From a virus (Duplodnaviria > Heunggongvirae > Uroviricota > Caudoviricetes), in the IMG/VR virus record IMGVR_UViG_2711768018_000010: a stretch of DNA of 6,450 nucleotides. One strand, 5' to 3'. The notes under the pieces were generated by a model. That model was not told the DNA's origin, ran no database searches, and worked only from the letters and a program-made list of their open reading frames with translations. Shown one piece after another: positions 1-5,621 of this stretch (within the stretch, counting starts at the first letter, position 1; each line of letters begins with the position of its first letter). The translations under genes and the position numbers were made by a program.

Positions 1-69
1 TGTACTGGATTCGAACCAGTGACCGATTGCTTAGAAGGCAATTGCTCTGTCCGGCTGAGCTAACAACGC
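1..69 (-). tRNA. tRNA-Arg, anticodon UCU; 3' end truncated by the window edge
   Basis: Minus strand from 69 reads GCGTTGT-TA-GCTC-AGCCGGACA-GAGC-A-ATTGC-CTTCTAA-GCAAT-CGGTC-ACTGG-TTCGAAT-CCAGT-ACA. This gives a canonical cloverleaf: D stem GCTC/GAGC, anticodon stem ATTGC/GCAAT, T stem ACTGG/CCAGT, T loop TTCGAAT. The last 4 nt of the acceptor and the CCA lie beyond position 1. Confidence 0.85.
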
Positions 70-82
70 ATGATGCAGATAA

Positions 83-159
83 TGGACCGCCATCGGGGAC
101 TTGAACCCCGCGCAGCCAGCTTCGAAGGCTGGCGCTCTTTCCTGATGAGCTAATGGCGG
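83..159 (-). tRNA. tRNA-Arg, anticodon UCG, 77 nt with encoded CCA
   Basis: Minus strand 159 to 83 folds with a 7-bp acceptor stem (CCGCCAT/ATGGCGG), D stem GCTC/GAGC, anticodon stem CCAGC/GCTGG with loop CTTCGAA, T stem CGGGG/CCCCG with loop TTCAAGT, discriminator T and CCA. Confidence 0.85.
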
Positions 160-166
160 TATGTGA

Positions 167-243
167 TGGTGGCCCTTGCTGGATTTGAACCAGCGACCTG
201 GCGATTATGAGTCGCACTGGGTCATTTCCGATACGCCCTGCCT
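167..243 (-). tRNA. tRNA-like, anticodon CAU (Ile2/Met type, ileX/ileZ-like); only the 3' two-thirds is canonical, so possibly a pseudo-tRNA
   Basis: Minus strand 215 to 167 reads GCGA-CTCATAA-TCGC-CAGGTC-GCTGG-TTCAAAT-CCAGC-AAGGGCC-A-CCA, closely matching the 3' part of E. coli ileX as I recall it. The 5' side (243 to 216) has no GGCCCTT acceptor complement and no D stem. Confidence 0.45.
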
Positions 244-332
244 GCTGACAGGCTTTCATCACATCTGAAAATATAGCACCCTGACTGATACTGTAGTACC
301 TAAGGTTCCAGAAACTGTGATGTATCCGGCAC

Positions 333-355
333 AGAAAAGCCCCTCCGGAGAGGGC
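333..355 (-). terminator. Candidate intrinsic terminator between the methylase/gap region and the tRNA cluster
   Basis: Minus-strand RNA GCCCUCUCCGGAGGGGC forms a GC-rich stem with a one-nucleotide bulge and is followed by UUUUCU. Hand-folded only. Confidence 0.4.
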
Positions 356-544
356 TGGAGAGTGGCGCTATGTGCCATTGCATGATGCCGGGTGCCTCCC
401 GGTGAATTCAGTACCAGCACCTGAATCCGCGATTATCCCATATACCTACTCGCTGATTGCCCCTCCGCACAGGGGGATTCACCATGCCAGTTTCTTTTAA
501 CAAACTCCCCGCAAAACAGACAACTGTCAACCGTCTGAATTGTG

Positions 545-794
545 NNNNNNNNNNNNNNNNNNNNNNNNNNNNNNNNNNNNNNNNNNNNNNNNNNNNNNNN
601 NNNNNNNNNNNNNNNNNNNNNNNNNNNNNNNNNNNNNNNNNNNNNNNNNNNNNNNNNNNNNNNNNNNNNNNNNNNNNNNNNNNNNNNNNNNNNNNNNNNN
701 NNNNNNNNNNNNNNNNNNNNNNNNNNNNNNNNNNNNNNNNNNNNNNNNNNNNNNNNNNNNNNNNNNNNNNNNNNNNNNNNNNNNNNNNNNNNNN
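545..794. other. Run of 250 N (assembly gap or masked sequence)
   Basis: Uninterrupted n characters. Every ORF-track translation crossing it (X residues) is unsupported. Confidence 0.95.
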
Positions 795-1767
795 GCCCGA
801 GCGCCAGTGCCGCTTTCACTGTCGAACCCAACCCCATGAAAAAATCTGCAATCAGGTCACCCGGACGACTGCTAGCGCTGATTATCTGCTGCAGCATTTC
901 TGCCGGTTTTTCGCACGGATGTTTCCCGGGATAGAACTGCACCGGTTTATGCGTCCACACATCGGTATACGGCACCTGCACCGTCACGCCAAAATACCGC
1001 CGCAGATGTTTATATTCACTCAGCAGCTCCGCATACTGCCGGTTCAGTGAGGTATACGTATCCACCAGCTGGTGGTGGAGCTTTTCCAGTTCACCACGCC
1101 GATGCTTCTCTTCTGCCACCCGGGCAAACAGCGCCTGTAATTTCAGATAATCGCTTTCATTCGGCAACTGCCACTGACCGGCACTGAACCAGTGCGACAC
1201 CATGTTTTTCTTTCCTGTGGCATCTGCAATCTGTTTTGCCGTTATCCCCAGGGCAGCTCGCGCATCACGAAAGTAAGAAATCAGCGGGGCCATCACATGC
1301 TGTTTCAGTGCACTGCCCTTCGCCGCATACCCGGCATCTTTCGGACGATACGGCCCCTGATAATGTTCCGCGAACAGAATGCGCTCTGTGGCGGGGAAAT
1401 ACGCCCGCAGGCTTTCCTTGTTGCATCCGTTCCAGCGTCCGGACGGCTTCGCCCAGATAATATGGTTCAGCACACTGAAGCGTTCACGCATCATGATTTC
1501 GATATCAGATGCCAGGCGATGACCACAGAACAGGTAAAGACTTCCGGCAGGTTTCAGCACCCGCCAGAACTGCGCCAGACACTGGTCCAGCCACTTCAGG
1601 TAATCATCGTCGCCCTTCCACTGGTTATCCCAGCCCTCAGGCTTCACTTTAAAGTACGGCGGGTCCGTGACTATCAGGTCAACAGAATTTTCGGGTAACG
1701 ACCGGATAAATTCCAGGCAGTCGGCGTTGATTAACTCACAACTGGATATTTTTACAGTATTAAGCAT
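795..1767 (-). CDS. DNA methyltransferase, N6-adenine/N4-cytosine type with beta-class motif order (DPPY before FxGxG); orphan, 3' end lost in the N gap
   Basis: ATG at 1767. The N-terminus carries ...DLIVTDPPYF... (motif IV) and the region just before the gap carries ...DFFMGLGSTVKAALALG (motif I, SAM binding), with an HTH-like insert between. 324 codons are visible before the gap. No restriction endonuclease partner is in the window. Confidence 0.85.
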
Positions 1768-1859
1768 GGATCATTAAGCCTGTCTCTGATAGGCTCATTC
1801 TGCTTTTGCGCAAAGCAGTGGGCCTGAGGTTTGCTTGTGAACCCAACGCATGAGCAGAT

Positions 1860-1890
1860 GGCTGGTGGGTGCCCCTAACACCCACCAGCC
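1860..1890. repeat. Perfect 12-bp inverted repeat (7-nt loop) carrying Chi octamers in both orientations
   Basis: GGCTGGTGGGTG-cccctaa-CACCCACCAGCC. The left arm contains GCTGGTGG (1861-1868) and the right arm its complement CCACCAGC (1882-1889). No U tract follows on either strand, so it is not a canonical terminator. Confidence 0.8.
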
Positions 1891-1902
1891 GCCCATTTAC
1901 CA

Positions 1903-1931
1903 CAAATAAAAAAGCCTTCACTGCGGAAGGC
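1903..1931 (-). terminator. Rho-independent terminator just after the 65-aa ORF
   Basis: Minus-strand RNA GCCUUC-cgcagu-GAAGGC (6-bp stem) is followed by UUUUUUAUUUG. The stop codon of the 65-aa ORF lies inside the stem. Confidence 0.7.
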
Positions 1932-2115
1932 GTCTGTAACAACCGAACTGATAGTCTGCCAGACCCGCCATAACCAGCTGGGTCAGTATTAACTGGCAGC
2001 GTTCGCGTGAAAGGTAAGTATTCTGCGCTATCTCCCCGACTGTCGCCGGTTCGGTAACGCTTAATTCATTAAACACCACTCTGGCGGTTTCTGTCATATC
2101 CTGCTGTTTTAGCAT
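1918..2115 (-). CDS. Small hypothetical protein (65 aa), probable winged-helix/HTH DNA-binding fold
   Basis: ATG at 2115 is preceded by AAAAGGAAAAGAC (SD-like). The segment TVGEIAQNTYLSRERCQLILTQLVMAGLA has a helix-turn-helix-like pattern. It sits between two intrinsic terminators, downstream of PR'. Confidence 0.6.
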   Translation of the reverse strand: MLKQQDMTETARVVFNELSVTEPATVGEIAQNTYLSRERCQLILTQLVMAGLADYQFGCYRRLPQ

Positions 2116-2231
2116 GTCTTTTCCTTTTCCGGTTAACGTGACACACCAATAACTCTTGTCGAAAAAGCCAGCAAGCTGAAAGACAGGTATTCACCGCCAC
2201 CAGCGCGTTTACTGTACTGACGCGATTTCAG

Positions 2232-2260
2232 TCATAAAAAACCCGCTCGGCGGCGGGTTG
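2232..2260 (-). terminator. tR'-like intrinsic terminator downstream of the late promoter
   Basis: Minus-strand RNA CCCGC-cgccga-GCGGG is followed by UUUUUUAU, about 68 nt downstream of the predicted PR' start site. Confidence 0.75.
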
Positions 2261-2294
2261 TAGAAACTCTTCTAACGTCAGGCATAAAACGCCC

Positions 2295-2334
2295 ATCGTT
2301 ATAACGAATTTACCACAGATTCCGGAAAAATCAA
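2295..2334 (-). promoter_or_regulatory. Lambda-like late promoter PR' with sigma70-dependent pause element (qut region)
   Basis: Minus strand reads TTGATT (-35, 2334-2329), 16-nt spacer, TGgTAAATT (extended -10, 2315-2307), cgttat, then AACGATGGG (2300-2292). As I recall lambda PR', it has the same TAAATT -10 and the same AACGATGGG pause-inducing element about 7 nt downstream. Confidence 0.7.
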
Positions 2335-2339
2335 CCTTG

Positions 2340-3161
2340 TTACCTAGTTACCTTTTTTAACTGCCGCTCAGCCCATGCTTCTTCAATATCAAACCGGGTC
2401 ACCAGCGCATCATAAAATTTCTTAACTGTTTTTTCCCATGACGCGCGTGTTATCTGGTTTGTCACCTCGCATATAGCATTAAATGCCTCCGTTGATGGTA
2501 GTCTTTCATAGCCACGACCACCACAACGCTGGCAGTCTCTGATAACAGGCATACCACGTTTTACCGACTCTTCACGATGAATGGCGACACCACGCCCACG
2601 GCAATCCTTACAGGCGGTGGAAACCTCACCCTTTCCGCCACACTCCGGACAGGCAACTTTTACCACCTCCCTGACTTTTTTCCATTCTTCCCAGTAAGAC
2701 GGATACACACCTTTCGTACACTTTGCCCATACCGGCGGCTTACCATCCGGATACTGGATCTTGTTTGTAAAAACCTCGCTTTCAATAAATTTTTTTCCGT
2801 GACAGCAGGGGCACTGTTTTTTGCTCGCCGCGCTACGGGCATAATCTTCAAACGCATACGAAGCCATAATACGCATCACTGCCGGTTTTATTTCTGCCGG
2901 GAGTTTTCTTAACGCCGCCACGCGATCACACCGACTGAGTGCATATTCTGTCAGCAATTCTGTTGCCCGCTCTCTGTCATTCATACTAATGCCCATTTTC
3001 CCAAGGAACGCAGAAACCCCCATCTCAGCCCGATTCTGTGTCATGCCCTGCGCGGCCATCACATCAGTGATACTCAGCGCATCTTTCGACGTTGAGGCCG
3101 ATGCATCAGTCAGGCCGGGGGATTTTGGGGAGTAGTATTTCGGTAAATCTTCCAGTTTCAT
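2340..3161 (-). CDS. Q: Late-gene antiterminator Q, lambda-Q family, with an expanded cysteine-rich zinc-finger region (273 aa)
   Basis: The N-terminus MKLEDLPKYYSPKSPGL...DALSITDVMAAQGM and C-terminus ...KTVKKFYDALV...VTR align with lambda Q as I recall it (MRLESVAKFHSPKSPMM...TDVMAAMGM...TVKPLYDALV...AVTR). It has four CxxC knuckles (CPCCHGKK, CPECGGKG, CKDCRGRG, CQRCGGRG) where lambda Q has two. Its start overlaps the rusA stop (ATGA) and it is followed directly by the PR'-like promoter. Confidence 0.85.
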   Translation of the reverse strand: MKLEDLPKYYSPKSPGLTDASASTSKDALSITDVMAAQGMTQNRAEMGVSAFLGKMGISMNDRERATELLTEYALSRCDRVAALRKLPAEIKPAVMRIMASYAFEDYARSAASKKQCPCCHGKKFIESEVFTNKIQYPDGKPPVWAKCTKGVYPSYWEEWKKVREVVKVACPECGGKGEVSTACKDCRGRGVAIHREESVKRGMPVIRDCQRCGGRGYERLPSTEAFNAICEVTNQITRASWEKTVKKFYDALVTRFDIEEAWAERQLKKVTR

Positions 3162-3538
3162 TTTTTGACCTGCCCTTCAAGCATTATGGGATAAATCTTC
3201 ACCCCCAGACGTCCACCAGATACTGGCTGAGCACGAACGATATTGATTTCATCAAACTGCTCATCGTCCATTAGCAACCCCGCATGCGTCAGCGCATCCA
3301 GCGGCGCTTTCAGAATATTGTCCAGGTCACGGCGGCGCTTATCCGGTGGTTCTGCAATAATTTTTATTGCCAACCTTCCGGACAGGCTTAATTTCAGCCG
3401 CTGCTGGCGAACAATAAGCGCCACTGCCCGGCGATAACGCTCCCCGGCTTTTGATACAAAATATGTGCTGCCACGACGACGCCAGTAAGTGTTCACCGTC
3501 GGCGGGTAAGGTAAAACAAATTCTATGCGCTCGGTCAT
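3158..3538 (-). CDS. rusA: Holliday junction resolvase RusA (126 aa)
   Basis: LPYPPTVNTYWR, PDKRRRDLDNILKAPLDALTHAGLLMDDEQ and GGRLGVKI match the E. coli RusA blocks ([50 protein letters not shown]). The ATG follows the upstream stop directly (TAAATG). Confidence 0.9.
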   Translation of the reverse strand: MTERIEFVLPYPPTVNTYWRRRGSTYFVSKAGERYRRAVALIVRQQRLKLSLSGRLAIKIIAEPPDKRRRDLDNILKAPLDALTHAGLLMDDEQFDEINIVRAQPVSGGRLGVKIYPIMLEGQVKK

Positions 3539-4597
3539 TTATGCTTTCCACTTCAGAACACCCGAATTTCTCGCGTGCATTAAAAAACGAATCAGCAACA
3601 ACAGCTGACTGCCGTGTTTCTCTTCAAAATCTTTTACTCCGGCATGTAGTTCGTTACGGCATTTACGGCATAACGGAATAACAAACAAATCATCAGCCTT
3701 TGTTCCCATCCCTCCCAGTCCATGACCAATGATGTGATGCGGATCATCTGCCTGATTGCCACACGTCATGCATTTCTGCGTTTTTACCCAGCGCGTGTAT
3801 ACAGGCATCTCTTCCCGTTGTGATTTCTGGCGCTGGAGATACTGAGCCGGTGACTCCGGATCAACGGCAATGCTGACCACCGTCTTTTCCTGTGGTGGGT
3901 TCTGTTGCTGGTGGACGTGAGGCAGTAACGCAATATTTTTTGTGCGCTGCTTCAGTATGCTGGTGGCTGTCTGCTCTCCCGGTATGATGTCGCTTTCACT
4001 GTACACAGAGCGAATTTTTTCCGCACGCAACCCCAGCGAACGACGTAATACCGCTTCCGGTAGCGCGTCCGCCACCTGATTGCGGACCGCCCACCAGGAT
4101 AATTCAGCCAGAGATAATTCACGCTCCTGCGTACCGCTTATTGCGTGACCGATGACGTCAATCATCCATGCTGACAGGTTTTGATGAGCAAGTTGCTCGA
4201 GTGATTCGGATGTCTGGTCACGCAGCTGGTTGTCGCAGTGCCAGCACAACACCATTGCGCCGGTACCATAACGGTGAATGACGGTTTCGCTGTGATGATA
4301 ATCGCCGTGTGGCCACTGGCAGGATTTAATATGGCGCAACAGCCAGTCAGACAATGCACCAGCACCACCAGCAGCACGAATCACCCGTGCGTTACTGAAA
4401 AACGGCAGCAATGTTTTGTCTTCCACCAGCGGCTGGCGAGCGGCAGGAACGACCCCGGACGGCAGATTACGCATGCTTTTTGGTTCCGGCTCCACCAGTA
4501 TTCTGCCGTTATGGAATGCTGACATTGATTCACGGCCTGGCTTAACGATAACCAGACCGAGTTCCGGTACCAGAACAGGTCGAAGTAATACCCGCAC
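3539..4597 (-). CDS. DUF968-like prophage protein (YdfU-like, 352 aa) with a C-terminal HNH-like Cys/His motif
   Basis: Long ORF with a GTG start at 4597 four nt after GGAGG; an internal ATG (MSAFHNG...) is an alternative start. The C-terminus CMTCGNQADDPHHIIGHGLGG...DDLFVIPLCRKCRNELH resembles an HNH nuclease signature. The hok, small ORF, large ORF, Q order mirrors the K-12 Qin prophage (hokD, rem, ydfU, quuQ) as I recall it. Confidence 0.75.
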   Translation of the reverse strand: MRVLLRPVLVPELGLVIVKPGRESMSAFHNGRILVEPEPKSMRNLPSGVVPAARQPLVEDKTLLPFFSNARVIRAAGGAGALSDWLLRHIKSCQWPHGDYHHSETVIHRYGTGAMVLCWHCDNQLRDQTSESLEQLAHQNLSAWMIDVIGHAISGTQERELSLAELSWWAVRNQVADALPEAVLRRSLGLRAEKIRSVYSESDIIPGEQTATSILKQRTKNIALLPHVHQQQNPPQEKTVVSIAVDPESPAQYLQRQKSQREEMPVYTRWVKTQKCMTCGNQADDPHHIIGHGLGGMGTKADDLFVIPLCRKCRNELHAGVKDFEEKHGSQLLLLIRFLMHARNSGVLKWKA

Positions 4598-4672
4598 ATT
4601 ACCTCCAGATCCGTTGCTGGAATGTGCGGGACGGACGCGTTGGCCGTTCGGAGTAAGGGAGCCTGACGGAGA

Positions 4673-4954
4673 TTATCCAGTGACGGTAGTCGAGGCTAAG
4701 GGCTTTTTTAACCTCGCATCCGCGCCTGCGGTAACACTGAATGAGCCATTCGGCCTGTTCTTCAGTGCATGGGGGATGCTGGTACCAATCAGATTTAAAT
4801 GCGTGAGAGCGCCGCCCGTGCCTGCTGGCAAAGACGGCTGAATTATCAGAATTGTGTAGTCTGGAAGGCAGTGGCTGACAATAGCGCCATTCTCAACGCG
4901 CACAGTATAGAGGCCATCTTCACTAAAAATTTCACGTAATTCTTCGATTTTCAT
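4673..4954 (-). CDS. Hypothetical small protein (about 93 aa from ATG 4954; the ORF track uses TTG 4957)
   Basis: ATG at 4954 is preceded by GGAAGGA (SD-like). The N-terminal half (MKIEELREIFSEDGLYTVRVENGAIVSHC...) looks protein-like; the C-terminal half is compositionally odd, so the true extent is uncertain. It occupies the position of rem in Qin. Confidence 0.45.
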   Translation of the reverse strand: MKIEELREIFSEDGLYTVRVENGAIVSHCLPDYTILIIQPSLPAGTGGALTHLNLIGTSIPHALKNRPNGSFSVTAGADARLKKPLASTTVTG

Positions 4955-5036
4955 CAACAGAATCCTTCCAGATAAATAGCACTCCCCTGTTCGGGGTCCA
5001 TCCCTCTTCTCCCTGCGCGCTACTTAAGTATTTTTG

Positions 5037-5066
5037 ATTCTATTCCGGCACCATCTAAAACTTCAA
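5037..5066 (-). promoter_or_regulatory. Candidate sigma70 promoter for the hypothetical/DUF968/rusA/Q operon
   Basis: Minus strand reads TTGAAG, 18-nt spacer, TAGAAT, immediately downstream of the hok terminator. Motif match only. Confidence 0.25.
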
Positions 5067-5074
5067 ACGCGTTG

Positions 5075-5106
5075 AAAATAAAAACAAAAACCCGCCGAAG
5101 CGGGTT
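5075..5106 (-). terminator. Rho-independent terminator of the hok transcript
   Basis: Minus-strand RNA CCCGC-uucg-GCGGG (5-bp GC stem, UUCG tetraloop) is followed by UUUUUGUUUUUAUUUUC. Confidence 0.75.
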
Positions 5107-5174
5107 AAGTGTGGGTGCATTGAGGATGCCTGCCCCATCAGAGGTGGCGAGGGATTTCTCCCCCGCCTGGTCTC

Positions 5175-5330
5175 TTACTCCTCAGGTTCGTAAGCTGTGA
5201 AGACAGCGACCTCCGTCTGGCCGGTTCGAATTCGTACCTCGCAGAGGTCTTTCCTCGTTACCAGTGCCGTCACTATGACGGTTAAACAGATGACGATCAG
5301 GGCGATTAACATCGCCTTTTGCTGCTTCAT
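5175..5330 (-). CDS. hokD: Hok-family type I toxin (51 aa), HokD/RelF-like
   Basis: MKQQKAMLIALIVICLTVIVTALVTRKDLCEVRIRTGQTEVAVFTAYEPEE matches K-12 HokD (RelF) as I recall it and has the Hok single transmembrane helix. ATG at 5330 lies 9 nt after AAGGAG. Confidence 0.85.
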   Translation of the reverse strand: MKQQKAMLIALIVICLTVIVTALVTRKDLCEVRIRTGQTEVAVFTAYEPEE

Positions 5331-5387
5331 AGCCTGCTTCTCCTTGCCTTTCGGCACGTAAGAGGCTAACCTAGATTTGCCGTTCAT
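5175..5387 (-). CDS. mok-like in-frame upstream reading frame (70 codons) overlapping hok
   Basis: An in-frame ATG at 5387 (GAGG 8 nt upstream) extends Hok by 19 residues (MNGKSRLASYVPKGKEKQA). In hok/mok loci, as I recall the K-12 annotation, mok is an N-terminally extended frame sharing the hok stop (mokC 69 aa versus hokC 50 aa). Confidence 0.5.
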   Translation of the reverse strand: MNGKSRLASYVPKGKEKQAMKQQKAMLIALIVICLTVIVTALVTRKDLCEVRIRTGQTEVAVFTAYEPEE

Positions 5388-5621
5388 AGATTGAGCCTCA
5401 GATTAATGTTAAGCGTCTTGCCGGACGCGTAATGTTAACTGGGGCTTTTCTCTATCTGCCTTTTGGTGTTCATGCCTGAGACAGATAGCCTCAAGCACCC
5501 GCTGCAATTCTACTTAACTCTCCTTTTCCCGCAAACCGTTTTTATCCCCAGCGGCAAATCGAATACACCACCAGCGCCACCGCCATCGCAATTCCTACCG
5601 TTGTTAATGCTTCAGGCCAGG

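Noticed and set aside
457-1050. Plus-strand ORFs 457..1050, 540..839 and 542..934 that translate through the N run
   Set aside because: Their length comes from reading X across 250 N. Beyond the gap they are antisense to the well-supported methylase. Only the short start at 484 is kept as a low-confidence note.
1192-1698. Plus-strand ORFs 1192..1698 (168 aa) and 1236..1460 (74 aa)
   Set aside because: Fully antisense to the methylase CDS with recognisable catalytic motifs. Composition is Arg/Pro/Cys-rich and no SD was found.
1760-1942. Minus-strand 60-aa ORF spanning the terminator and palindrome region
   Set aside because: It starts inside the 3' end of the 65-aa gene and runs through the terminator hairpin, the double-Chi palindrome and the second palindrome. 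This interval is better explained as structured non-coding sequence.
2577-2912. ORFs 2577..2912 (+) and 2660..2857 (-) inside the Q gene
   Set aside because: Both are embedded in the Q CDS, which has clear lambda Q homology and zinc-knuckle motifs. One is antisense and the other is an alternative frame on the same strand.
3092-3681. Overlapping ORFs 3092..3274 (+), 3243..3437 (+), 3339..3551 (-) and 3451..3681 (+) over rusA and the 3' end of the DUF968 gene
   Set aside because: They are antisense to or frame-shifted within rusA and the DUF968 gene, which have strong family signatures and tight coupling.
4162-4841. ORFs 4162..4377 (-), 4238..4522 (+), 4381..4599 (-) and 4416..4841 (+)
   Set aside because: They overlap the 352-aa DUF968 gene in other frames or antisense, with low-complexity Arg/Gly/Pro/Ser/Thr-rich translations.
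5330-5460. A definite Sok antisense RNA gene on the plus strand
   Set aside because: Expected for a hok/mok locus, but I could not find a convincing plus-strand promoter and terminator pair by eye, so it is mentioned only as a test in the hok finding.
5388-5621. relBE antitoxin/toxin genes upstream of hok, as in the K-12 relBEF operon
   Set aside because: No ORF resembling RelB or RelE is present. The upstream region is a non-coding leader preceded by unrelated small ORFs.
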